A stretch of DNA of 64,000 nt from Microbotryum violaceum (taxonomy: Eukaryota). Each line of letters begins with the position of its first letter. Position 1 is the first letter of the stretch. Under the pieces are notes generated by a model that ran no database searches, was not told the DNA's origin, and worked only from the letters and a program-made list of their open reading frames with translations. Below, one piece after another: positions 52,085 to 63,800 of the stretch. Where the stretch lies: positions 1,488,001-1,552,000 of the forward strand of contig CDLV01000005.1 of NCBI GenBank assembly GCA_001244265.2, written 5' to 3'. The position numbers and the translations under genes are program-made.

Positions 52085-52215
52085 TGAGCTCCCCCGCGCG
52101 GGCGAGTTAAGGCAGCTTTTTTGTTTTTTGGCCTGGTTGGAGGTTGGTACAGGTCGGGTGCACCAATGCCCTCCCCCCATCCCACCCCGGCGCAGTGCAC
52201 CTCAAATGGTCATAA
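52085..52215 (+). repeat. Diverged copy of the sequence upstream of the KDZ transposase (60690-60810)
   Basis: CCCCGCGCGGGCGAGTTAAGGCAGCTTTTT...GGTGCACCAATGCCCT versus CCCCGCGCGCGGCGAGTTTAGGGAGCTTTTT...GGTGCACCATTGCCCT. Confidence 0.75.
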
Positions 52216-52776
52216 GTAATAAGGGGCCACTAGTTCGTGTAAGACTCACCATCATCACGAATAACACTTTCCGAAGACTCCGTAGTAAGTTCGAATTATG
52301 TCATAAATGTCATACAGCTTGTCGTACTCAGTCCATTCAATTCTATACCATCAACTGATATGTGCACGACAGATCCTGTGTAAACCTTTTCTCATATTCG
52401 TTAATTTGGATACGACGGAGGGAGTACACACCGCGTCTATTGGGCCCGAGGGAGGGATCGGTCCTCGAGCAGACAAACGCTTATTCTGAACGGTGTGCAC
52501 CTTTTTATATAAAATGGATATCTAGTGAAGCCCCTTCGGACGATCGACTTGGGTCCAGCGCCAATCAGTCCTGCATCAATTCCTAGAGAGTAATTGAAGA
52601 GGCAAAATTGAGGCGGGGCTGTGCGGCCGCACGCGGAGCTCAGATTGGCGAGCGCTCTGCGTTAACACTTTGACCTCTGCACACTCACGTCAACGCGACA
52701 ACGCGCATTCTTGACCCACGCCACGCCCCGCATCTCAATACGTTGAAACCTCCCCGCGCCTGTTGAACAAACATCG

Positions 52777-54886
52777 ATGCTATTGCCGTCTGGAGGTATG
52801 TGGACGCGTTTCCCCGCCTCACATCTCCCTCCTCATGGGCCTAATTGTGTTGCTCCACCATGACGCGACCGTCAGACATACGCGTGGGATCTAGGGAAGG
52901 TTCTCCAGCAGAGTCCATTTCCTTTGGCGCTCATCCGAGTAGTGCTCTTGTCTGGTGTGTCAACTAAGATCCCTCGTAGCAGGGCTGAAAGCAGAGTGCC
53001 AGTCATCAACCTCATCCTTCTATCTACTCAATCCTGACGGACAGCTGAAGAATTCTCTGTTCTCTCACACCTCTTGCAGGTCGGAGGGACGATCAAAGCC
53101 GTCGAGCCTCCTCACAAGCCAGTACAATTCTGGATGAACCGTCTCGACGCCCGACTCGGAAGAGAAAGCGGCGCATGCCCGTGCCCCAAACCCCTTCGTC
53201 CGACTCCGACTCTTGACGAGCCCAATTTGGGCGATTCCAGTCAATCCTCGGCTGACGACAGTGACAGTGAAGTGACAGTCACAGTCACAGTGAGAGCGAG
53301 TTTGAAGATGTCGCGATCGACCATCGAAGAGCTATCAGGCTCTGGACGGCCATACATGGCTCGCATCGGAACGCGACTGGTCGTATGAGTCAAAGAATGT
53401 GGACCTCGCTGAAGCGCTGGGCCGCTCGACGATATTACTCGGAGCTCAAGATGGCCGCGAAACTCGGCATATCTCATGCAAGGCTCGTTCAGGCCGTCAA
53501 AAAGTTCGACAGGCTCGCTTCGAAGGGCAATGCGTGGTCTAGATTTCTCTCGGACCCTGTAATCAAGGTTTTACACTAGCGAGCAAGCAAGAGTGAGTGG
53601 TCCTCCGGGCGCTTCCGGTCATGCCCACTCCACTCTCCTACGCTCTCGCTTATGCTTACCGCTGCGTCCGCAATGTCTGTTCTTACATACCCTGGGTGTG
53701 TCAAACGTGCTCAGAATCGGACCAGTCGAAATCGCAATCCATCACCAAACTTGCCGCTCACCTCTGGAACTTCCTGAGAGACCAGGGGGACCTCGCATCT
53801 GCCCAACTTGGCGAGGACGATGAAGAGCTTGTTCGCGCGGCTTTTGCAGCGGCAGAGGCCGGAGGTAATACGACTTTCACTTTGATAGTACCACCCACCA
53901 TCATCACACGGTCGCCATCCGACATTCCTTCCCCAACTCGGATGGAGCAATGCAAAAAGTACATTGCAGAGTTGCGAGACCTGGCGCAACGCATGTCCAA
54001 GCTGTACGGAGTGGAAACCCTGGCCTTTATTGTCCCTCGTTATCAAGACGACGTGTCGCCAGCGACGAAGGCGACCGTGCATTCGATAGGTGGGCTCAGA
54101 TTTGCAGCTCACTGCAACGACTTCAAGGATCCATCCGGCAATTCCTTGTTGTCTAATTTTGCTTCCAGGATGAGCTGGGATGAGACACTCAAGGCCAATG
54201 AAGCGGCAGATCTGAAAGAGGGTGAGCCTTTCATCGCAAGTTATACGCGCATGAGACCAAGTTACCGTTACCAATTATGTGACATATGTTTTCGTCTCAT
54301 CTATCAGCAAGAACTCGCTCGATGGACAGTGCTACTCGTGGCGTTCTTGGCAAATGACACGGCACTCTGTTCCGCGCCCAACTCAGTAAGTAGTCTGCAT
54401 CTGATCGGGCTCGACTCCGTGCTAATCATTTCCGTCTTTACAGACTCTGCCCTCGAGACTATACATCGCCGTTCCGACACAGGATCATCGACAGGCGCTT
54501 TCACACCTCAGAAGAAGATGATGTGGTCTACCCAGGGCTTGAAGGCACTGGGTGTCAAATTGCGGATCAAGCCCGGAACGAAGAGTAGATACGAAATGGC
54601 TCTGCATCATAGTGCAGAGACATCGCCCAAGCAAACCGTTGCTCAGCTCAAGGCTATCATTGACGACCTCCGTCACGGCCGCCTCGCTATCGTACCCTCG
54701 GCCGACCCGAACGACAACACGGAGGCAGAGGCAAGCGACAACGACTTGAATGGCGGAGAAGGACCCCTGAGCCCAAGATTTGGTGGAGCCGGGGACGAAG
54801 GCGGAGAGGTACGCGGCGGAGAAAAAAGCGGAGAAGAAGATAGAGAAAAAAATAGCGGGGGGGTGGCGGAGGAGACCGGAGGATGA
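52777..54886 (+). pseudogene. Disabled multi-exon gene with an HMG-box-like region, candidate KDZ accessory gene
   Basis: ATG..G|GTATGT first exon; NLS-like RKRKRR; acidic tract with frameshifts; KGNAWSRFL..(TAG at 53577)..ITKLAAHLWNFL resembles HMG helices 1-2; ORF continues to 54886. Confidence 0.45.
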
Positions 54887-55172
54887 ATGAAGCAAAACAT
54901 CGTCGATGGATTGAGACCGTTCTTATGTCTTTCTTTGGGCATACTATGCTCTGAGTCGGTCTGCAAGATGACCGATATTTGTTATGTCTCTGTGGTTTGT
55001 GACGCGTCTTTTAGTGTAGATCCTTGAGTTTAGTTTCAGATGATTGTCATGCACGCATACAGCGTCTCAGCTGCCATCTTGATTGTGGCAAGTAATCTTA
55101 ACAGGATTGTAAATCAATACCATCAGAACGCTCATTCTGTCAGGCTCCGCCAAGATCACTGGGCATACTCGA

Positions 55173-55196
55173 CCCCCCCCCCCCCCCCCCCCCCCC
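55173..55196. repeat. Poly-C homopolymer, 24 nt
   Basis: Read directly. Confidence 0.9.
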
Positions 55197-55812
55197 GAGC
55201 GGACCGTTTCCTACGTCAAGGCCCGGGGGCCCCTGTGTGCTCCGGGCGCCGGCATCCCGTTCATCTACGGCCCCCCTTCCAGAGATTACGCTGGAGTCTT
55301 TCTTCACAACCAATCGTTCCGCACCTTTGTCCTACAAGGACTCGGGGCGCACCGCATGGGCCGCAGCACAACGGTGTGGCGCTCGCATCCAGGCAAGGCG
55401 ACATCTCTGCGCATCTATTTACCTTTGGGTCAACGAAATTAGAATAGCTCTCGGCCGACGCATCTCCTCTTTCTTCTTCTTCTTCTTCTGAACTTGTGAT
55501 GTACAACCAAATGGCCATACACCTTTTCCAACTTCGACCTCATCGCCGTTTCTTGCGCCTCCCGTTTCAAACACACTTGGGAACCGATCCCTCCTAATCA
55601 TTATCATATCCATGTATCCATGCTTCGTCCGAAGGCACCGTACCATTGACCGGGTCTCGTTGCACAAGTCTGTTTGACCTTTTGGCCTACCGTTGTCTTC
55701 TTCCCTTAGATACAATCTGACTTCACCTTCAGGTCGAACCGGTTGCCACTGCATAACCCTTAACTGCCTGCGCGCCGCAAAACCGGACGGTGGACAACTG
55801 TGAGGGCATTCG

Positions 55813-57760
55813 TGTTGAATTTCATACACTCTTGCTTAGATCGGTCTCCAATCCGCGCCGGGCCTAGCCGGCCGCACCGCTTGGACCTCTCTTTGGACTT
55901 AGAGATATTTCGCACACTCGCACTGCGCGCCTCTTTAGTCTTTCCCCTAATGCTCCAAATACTCCCTTACAACCCGTACTCTGTCTCGTGTACTTCGAGC
56001 CTACAGGTTATGAGCCCGAGCTCACGCTGCAACAACGATACAATGATGCCAACACCATCACCGTCACTTGCGACCATCATGTTTGTCCTCGTCACCATCA
56101 TCGTTTTGTACCACACCTTTGCCACCGCCCTCGCCCACGCGACCGGCCGTTACCGCACCATGACGCAACTTGACACGTCGCACCTGGACCCGACTGTGAG
56201 CGTGACAGTCCGGCCCAGCATGAACATCGTCGCCCTACTCGGTCATTTGAACTCAAATCGGGCACTCCACCTCCCGAATGACACCCTGGTACTCGACTCG
56301 GGCGCCTCCCACCACATGGTCAAGGATGCGTCTCTTCGACGTTTGGCACACCCGTTCACACGTTGCCGTCGATGGCGCTGGCGGATCACTCATGGCGCAA
56401 GGCACCGGCTCGATCACCATACGAACATCGAAACGTCAATTGATCAAGCTCTGCAACGTCTACTACGTCCCCGACCTTCCTGCAAACCTGATCTCTGTCA
56501 TGCAGCTGCGACGCGAGCGTGTTTACACCCACTTCGGCAAGACCATCAAAACTCGAACTCAAGGCCAAACCGTTCATTTTCGTCGGCTTCAACAACAAGT
56601 CCAAGGCCTGGACATTGTATGACCCCACCACGACCTCGGTTTTCCTCAGCCGCGATATTAAATTCGATGAGCAAGTATTCCCCGCTCGAGATGCCCCAAT
56701 TGGCCCGCCACAACCTCGCATGCCACCCACCACTGGTGAATGGACCTTCGTCGACGCTGCACACGCCTCGCGAGCTCCGCCACGCCTGTCCACCCCGCCC
56801 GTCGTGCACCAAAATCGATTCGCCGTGCTCGAGACCGACGAAAGCGACGACGCAATGATCGACATGTCCCAACAACGGTTTTGATACCCCGTCTGACATG
56901 TCCAGGACCCATTCTCACCATCACCTCCTGCATCGGACGTGACCGACGACTCGGCCGACCCGATTGACTTCCTGTCTTGCCCCACCCGCGTTACTGCATT
57001 TGCTGCCTCAGCCGCAAGCCCATCGGTCATCGAACTCGAAGGTCCAACTGAAGACCCCCAAAATTGGTCACAGGCGGTCAAGTCAGGTAAAGAGGACATC
57101 TGGAGGCAAGCAGCCGCCGCGCCGATGAGTTCCACTCCCTTGCCACCGAATACAACTGCTTCACCCCCGTTGACTCCTCCTCGTTGCCCCACGGTGCGAA
57201 AGTCCTTGGTTCCAGGTTTATCTTCCGCACTAAACGCGACCAACTTGGCAAGATCACTTCGCACAAGGGCCGGCTCGTTGCGCAGGGATTTTCCCAGCGC
57301 CCAGGTATCGATTACGACGAGGCCTTCGCTCCTGTCGCAAAGTTCACCTCGATCCGCGCTCTCATCGCCCTGGCCACCGCCAAGCAACTCCATGTCCATC
57401 AGGCCGATGTCGACAAAGCGTACCTCCACGGCAAGCTGAAAGAGGACCTATACATGCGCGTTCCACAAGGTGTCGACATGCCCGGTAAAGTCCTCAAGCT
57501 CCACCGCTCCATCTATGGCCTCAAGCAGGCCGGTCGAGTCTGGAACGAGCACATCGACTTAACACTGAAAAACCTCCACTACCGCGCCACAGTCAAGGAC
57601 CACTGCGTATATGTGCGACGCGACGGCGACCAGTATCATTACATCGCCCTTTATGTTGACGACTTGTTGATGGTCAGCCCTTCCGAGGACGAGATCGAGC
57701 GCATCCTCAACGGCCTGGAGCAAAAATACGGCATCAAGCGACTTGGTCCTGTCGAATTTC
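55813..57760 (+). mobile_element. Internally deleted Ty1/copia element: 5' LTR 55813-56005, PBS 56006-56017, protease, post-integrase region, partial RT
   Basis: TG...CA LTR then [82 protein letters not shown]; breaks after KRLGPVEF. Confidence 0.93.
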
Positions 57761-57799
57761 ATTCTACTACAAGCCTTCGAACACTTCAACCTTGGGCGC

Positions 57800-57960
57800 C
57801 TTTTCGCCTCGGCGCTTTTCTCGCCTTGGGCACCTTTCGTAAGCCGCCCCCTAGTCTTTCGCCTCGGCGCCTTCGTCTCCGCGGCCAAGCCGCCCCCCCC
57901 CAGTCTTTCGCCTCGGCGCCTTTGCCTTTGCAGCCAAGCCGCCCCCTTATTTGCCGCCCC
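57800..57960. repeat. GC-rich imperfect tandem repeats (TTTCGCCTCGGCGC x3, AAGCCGCCCCC x3) where the RT breaks off
   Basis: Units read directly near 57802, 57857 and 57906. Confidence 0.7.
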
Positions 57961-58187
57961 CGTGCCAGCCTGTTCAACTCACGCTCGCGCGCCGCCGCCT
58001 CCACATCAGGACTCAGTCGATCCGCCCTCCAGTCTTGCCAAGCCAATGCCTCCGCCTAGTCACCTCCAACTTGCCGCCGCCGTCCTCGTGTTCCATTGGC
58101 CATCCAGAGTATCGCCCATGCACGCCGCCCGCCGTTCGCAACCTGGACTCGTCACTACGGACTCCCTCGCTTACCAACACTCGACAT

Positions 58188-58476
58188 TGTGGATATGTTT
58201 CCCTTGTGCCTGTCGTCCAACACGACTCCTCCTAGATGGTCCGCTTGGAGTTCGACCTTGAAGCTTCGCGGCAAGCCCGCCCAATTTGCAGTAGATCCTT
58301 TGCGCGCGCCTTTGCTAGAACCTTGTCAAACTCGTGACCTCCTGTGCCTTTCTTCCTCTTCTCTACCGCTTCCCGACATTAGCTAGATTGCTGATCTTCG
58401 GTAGAGAACAGGTTAGTTGCAATCATACCACCGCTTCCCGACATTAGCTAGATTGCTGATCTTCGGTAGAGAACAG
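58188..58476 (+). mobile_element. Probable additional copia LTR whose 3' 47 bp is duplicated
   Basis: TG start at 58188 is tentative; ends GAGAACA then GGTTA (start of PBS); perfect 47-bp direct repeat at 58365-58411 and 58430-58476. Confidence 0.5.
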
Positions 58477-58479
58477 ATC

Positions 58480-59809
58480 GTCCAGCCGCACCGCGTCCGT
58501 CTCGTCAGACCGCGTCCGTGCCGCCTCACGACTTCTCCCCTTTGGGCCGTCCGTCGCAACTGTAGCCACGTCGACACTCCAACTCGTAGCTCCCAGCGGT
58601 CGCTACTCGAAACGCCAAAAGTCATCCGATTCACATTCAACACTTCACATCCTCATTGGTGCACTCACGGAGCCAGTGCAGGGGGCCAGTCTTGCAAGCG
58701 GGGCACGGGCCGGGTGGGGTCCCCGACTTGTCCGAGTTCGAGACATACGCGGAAGGGTGTTTGTCGATAATGTTGTGCGCTGCAACACGCATCGATTTCA
58801 TCGTCTCCTCGAGGGAAGGAAGCCTGTCCTTTCCCTGGTGCAGTTGAAGGAATGTCTCGCGCCAAGGATCGAGACCGTCGTTGAAGTTGGTACTGAAGAG
58901 GCGAGCGGCGACAAGCACTTGTTCAATGTCGAGGTTCCCTTGACGAATCTCTGGCGAGATCGAGATCGTGGTTGAGGTGCTTGTCAAAATCGTCCTTGGA
59001 GGAAAGCGGAATCCGGGGCATCGACCAGAATCGCTGGATGAGTTTGGCGTACGCCTGGGCGTCCCGAGGCGAGTAGCGCTCCTTCAGAGTGATGTAGACT
59101 TGAGAGGGGGTGTCGTCTTCTTGGTAGATGTCTTGAATGGATGGGTGCAGCGAGTTGAAGAGGACGCTTTGTACGTAGTCCTTCCACTGGTCCTGAGTTG
59201 CGATGGACCATTCGGCGGGGAAGGTTCCCGTCTGTAGATACGAGAAGATGGGTGTGGGCACTAACGCTTTTAGTGCGCGATGCCACCGCGGGTAGGTTGC
59301 TTCGTCCTTCAGTCGGTTAACGGCCTCGAACGTGATCGACGTGGCAGCGGGGACACGCGGGACGGAGGCGGTCTCGGTGGTGGTGTCAGGGGGTGAGGAC
59401 GAGGAAGAGCGGGTGTCACGACCATGAACGTCGAGAGCTTGTTGGATAAGAGCCTTGATTTCCTCTGCAGTGGGTGCAGCAGAAGACGGCGACATGACGG
59501 CGCGGGCCAGCGGGGTTGGCCGGGTGGGTGAACGCTCGCGGTGGAAGGCGGTGGAAGCTCGTCGAAGCTTGCGTGCTCTGAGCTGGTAGGTCGGTTGGGC
59601 TCATAACCTATGAGGAGCAGCGCAGTGAGCAAACGAAGATGCCGAGTAGAAGAGGATAGGGAACGTTAAGGGAAAAGAGAGGGAGAGCCGCGCTAGTCGC
59701 TGCCTCGGGTAATCTAAGTCAGAATCTAAAGAGGTCGGAGCACGCCCGAGTTCCCATCCCCCAATCTCTGTATGCTGGAGTTGAGAGCGCCCCTGCAATG
59801 TAGTGTACA
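58480..59809 (-). mobile_element. 5' part of a Ty1/copia element: LTR 59809-59611, PBS 59608-59597, frameshifted gag with Zn knuckle
   Basis: TGTACAC...CCTCA LTR, TA, GGTTATGAGCCC; gag LKDEATYPRW..LKERYSP; knuckle CPACKTGPLHWLREC. Confidence 0.9.
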
Positions 59810-60216
59810 CGATGACAAATTTCGTTGATAACGATAATTTTGTCCATCCATCGTTGAGCTTGCAGCGCCCAGCTTTGAACGTCTTTTGCTCGGTCGTACT
59901 CTGACCATAGCCGATCGGCGCCGAGCGGCAAACACGTCGACCCGACGGCCAAAGATCGATATCCTTTCTTGCGTGCATTGATCAGAGCATCGGTAGCGAG
60001 AAACGCGTCTCTGGTCTGAAGAGTCGGGTAGGGTGAGTTCGAATACTGGGTGGGCTCGTCTTTGGACAACTCGATGTGAAGAGACGCGTCGCCGGGAGCG
60101 ACATCGAAGGCGAGGAGCTCGGCAACCGTCATGTTGGTGAGTGGCGATAATCGATCAAAGTCATCGTCGTGCAAATAGTAGTCCTGATCTTCGTCAAGAA
60201 ACAAGCATGGAATCAT
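59810..60216 (-). pseudogene. N-terminal gene fragment cut by the copia LTR; possibly a transposon-associated Ulp1/C48 protease
   Basis: The ORF runs into the LTR at 59809. GYRSL..LPLGADRLW..SWALQAQRWM recalls, from memory, the G.xS..LPLW..W..A..WL segment preceding fungal TE-borne Ulp1 domains; no catalytic region present. Confidence 0.35.
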
Positions 60217-60473
60217 TTCGTTGTGCTATGCTCCAGTGTCAGAACGAAGTGAAGCGGAACGGAACCTCAGGGGCCCCATCATTTTTATCTTACTCGATAG
60301 GGGTATCTAATCCCTAATATTCTCTAACAGCCACTGAACTAAAGTGATTAGCGAAAATGGCTAGTGACTTGTTCAAGCGCGAGCATCGCAAAGCGCGTTT
60401 CGAAGCGAAGGCAAACGGGCCCAAAGCGATGCAGTAGGCTGCTCAGGGTAGGCCAAATGGGCCGACTCACGGG

Positions 60474-60629
60474 AAAATGTCAAAATCTGGGCATGCGCCT
60501 CGGGGGCGAAACATGTGTTTCGTCCCAAAATGTCAATTTTTTGCGATGCGCCTCGACGATTTTCAGGATTTTGGGTCCTCAAAATGTCAAAAAAAAACGT
60601 GCGCCTCCGGCTGGGCTTTCGGGGGTCCT
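60474..60629 (+). repeat. Three phased AAAATGTCAA-N10/11-GCGCCTC units, period 53-54 bp
   Basis: Units begin at 60474, 60527 and 60581. Confidence 0.8.
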
Positions 60630-60838
60630 AGCCGACCTCTGCGGCCTCACGCTCACCTATGCGGGTCAAAATAAGCCTAACAAATATACTACCCCGCGCG
60701 CGGCGAGTTTAGGGAGCTTTTTGAAGATTTGGCCCAGGAAAACGTTGGTGCGGGCTAGGTGCACCATTGCCCTGCCAACCCCTAGCCCCCGGAGGCAAAA
60801 GTGGTCACTAATCCGGGCACTTGCTACTTATCCCCGCT

Positions 60839-63800
60839 AATGGTCCATCTGCCTCAGCACCACGAGTTCCCCCCACTTCCCTCCAACCAAGGCCTTGCAG
60901 GCTCGCACCCATCGCTTCAAGCATGGACATCCTACCACACACACCACCACCTCTACAACCTAGCTCAGCATCGCCAGTCGGAACAGAGAAGGGAAAACGC
61001 ACTGACAAGACCAAGCGCAAGAAGAGCACGACCGTGAGGAGGAGGAGGAGGAGGAAGGTGACCAGCAGCAACAAGGACACGTTCGAGAATGGGGCCACGA
61101 CGTCGGTCGGAACGGAGGAGGAGGCGAAGACGAAGAAGAAGAAGAGGAGGAGGTTATGGACCAAGCGAGTACGGAAAAGGGAGCCATCGTTGTCCCCGGA
61201 TAGCGAGCTGTTCGACAAGGCGTTCGGCTTCAACTTCGGTATTTTCCGCTCTCCAACGAAGAGGCGTCCGAAACGTCAGCCGGGCCCTCCCCTATCACCA
61301 TTAGTCCAGAGGTCAACGCGTCGTCGGAAGGAGCATTCGGAGAAATCCATTGCCGGCCTCCACAAATCATCGTCCGAGCCTTGGACTGACATTGCCGATT
61401 GCGCAACGGCGTGGCCTCTAGACACCGAGACCGGCGGCTTCGAGCACAACTTCAAGCCTAACAGCGCGCCCGACTTTGAGCCCGACTACGACTTCGGTCG
61501 CGATTTCGGCGGTGGATACTCATCTGGACCGGAGCATTCGCCATTCCACCCAGACGGTGCTTCTCAAGATCAAGCGCCCTCTTCCCTTAAGCGATCGCAG
61601 ATTGAGAGGAACGCCAAGAAGCAGCACAATCGTCTCCGGAATGCGAGGGCCGAAGCTCGCAATCGTCTCCGGAATGCGAGGGCCGAAGCTAAAACTAGGG
61701 CGTCAAAACGAGCTGAACTTCTCCAGGCGTACCTATTGACGAAGAAAAAGGCCAAAGAAGCGCTTCGAGAGAGCGGGTTTGTCCCTTCCCCGGACGACGA
61801 GGGGTGGTGCGACGCATGTCATGAACGCCGAGTCACCAGAAAGGTCCGGGTTGTCGACCTGTTCTTTGCAGGTAGGTGCTTCTGCTGCACATCTTTTGTC
61901 AATCACCCCTACGCTATCGTCTTGGACTGATTTGATATCCCCCAACCATGAGCAGGCATGCGAGAACTACGATACTGCCCATGCTATCCGAGATCCAAAC
62001 CCTGGCAGCTCACGGTCTTCTCCCGACGTCGTCATCTTCAATCCGGCATCACCGCATTCACCTTTCGCACGATCGAATATCTCGACACCTACTGGGGGTA
62101 GATCCTTTTGGTATCTATGACATGTCCGAAGCGCTCATTCTCTTTTGGTCCTCTGAATTATCCTCGGATGATCTTTTTAACAAGGTGGGCTCTGGGACAG
62201 GGACAGGCCGGAAACATTCACAGTTTCTTACAGAAAATATTGGAAGCTTCCCAGGGTCCAACCGTGCGTCAGTATCTTCAAGCCGCAATGGATGAATATC
62301 GATTTATGCAACAGCTGCAGGCAACTTTGACCGCCGAATTTATCGGCCTCTCCCAGCGCGAGCGTCTGGCCGACGTTTGTCCGGCATGTTTTGGGCCTCG
62401 GATCGATGAAGCCAGCAAGAGCGAGAATGACCTCGATGTCATCATTGCTGTCGACGGCAATTTTCAGCATCGACGATTCGCGCGGGCAACTGCTGATCCT
62501 CTCAAGTCACGTCCAGCGTTATTCCTGTCACCAGACAAGATTCGAAACGAGCAAGCTTTGATCGACGGATCGACTGAAGCGGGCGAGCAGGTACCTTGGT
62601 GCTGCTGGTGTCGGGTCACCCGAACCCAATAATGCGTTGACCCGACTGTCTGTGATTGCTAAACGGGCTATTCTATCATATAGGACGAATGCACAGCGAA
62701 CTGGAAGGCCGAAGATGGTGGTGTGACCTCCGCTTTGTCAAATGTAGTAGCCGACACAGGCCTCGTTGCTGCAGTGTGCCGTCATGATCATTGCCTGCGA
62801 CTTTGCAACCTTCATCAATCAGGTGAAAAGTATGTGTGGACCGGCCATCTGTGACTCCAGGCAAGGACACTAATAAGCGAGTTTGGTCTACCGCAGGTTA
62901 GTATATCCCGTGTCGCTGTTGAAATGGATTCTCGAAGAAGTTGAAGTCGGAGAAACGGATTGTACTACGGGACCTGCGCGTACCAGTGACGCTACAAACG
63001 TCGGATCCAGCTCGGGATCGGGCTCCCACCAAAGTTCGAGTCAGGATCGAAGTCGCGTTGGAGTCGCGTATGATATCGCCTGCAACTTATCGTCGCACTT
63101 ACGCCGTGTGAGGTTGTTCGTGACACTCAGCCTGAGCATTGGCTTAGTCCGTAGCTGAACAGCTCATCTCTCCCCGGTATGCGCAGCGCAATCTTCTGGC
63201 AGACCACTTACCGCGTCTAGAATTTGCTCTCTCGTCGATGCATGCCTATGCGCACAAGTGGTCCTGCCAGGTTGACTTTGATCCGCGCTTTTTACCCAGT
63301 TTTGGTTTGACTGATGCCGAGGGAGCCGAGCGCTTGTGGTCGCAACTCGATCATCCAGTGCCTCCCATCGGCTGGAGAACATCAATCGTCGAGCGTCTGC
63401 TTATAACAAGCAGCATCTGGCCGAACTTGGTTCGCCTAAGCGTCCAGTCTTTCATGCACTACCTTACCATGTCGCTGATCTTTGGCGTATCGATCATGCC
63501 CAGTGACCAAACTTAAGTCTCGACTCAAAAACGCAATCAAGCTCAAGGCCGAAGCCGACAGAGTCATTGCTGAGGTCGTTAATTGCTCCGCCGAATGGAC
63601 GGTCGCTACCCTCCTTGAACAATGACATGCGCAACGTGCAGCGTCCAAGCAGATCCCTCTGAAAGAGCAGCGCAAAGAGGTAGCCGAGATGCGCAACGTC
63701 ATGTTCAAGCTTGAGCTGATTAACAGAGACATCGCAGCATGCCGGTGGGTCTGAGCTATCGTCGTCGTCTGGGAGTGAGACACGAACCGGTAACCTAACT

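Noticed and set aside
58365-58476. CRISPR-like repeat-spacer-repeat
   Set aside because: Only two copies with an 18-nt gap, in a eukaryotic retroelement context with no cas genes
60821-61300. Poly-Arg/Lys protein segment in the track translation
   Set aside because: Probably the wrong frame of an acidic GAG/GAA tract in the frameshifted transposase N-terminus
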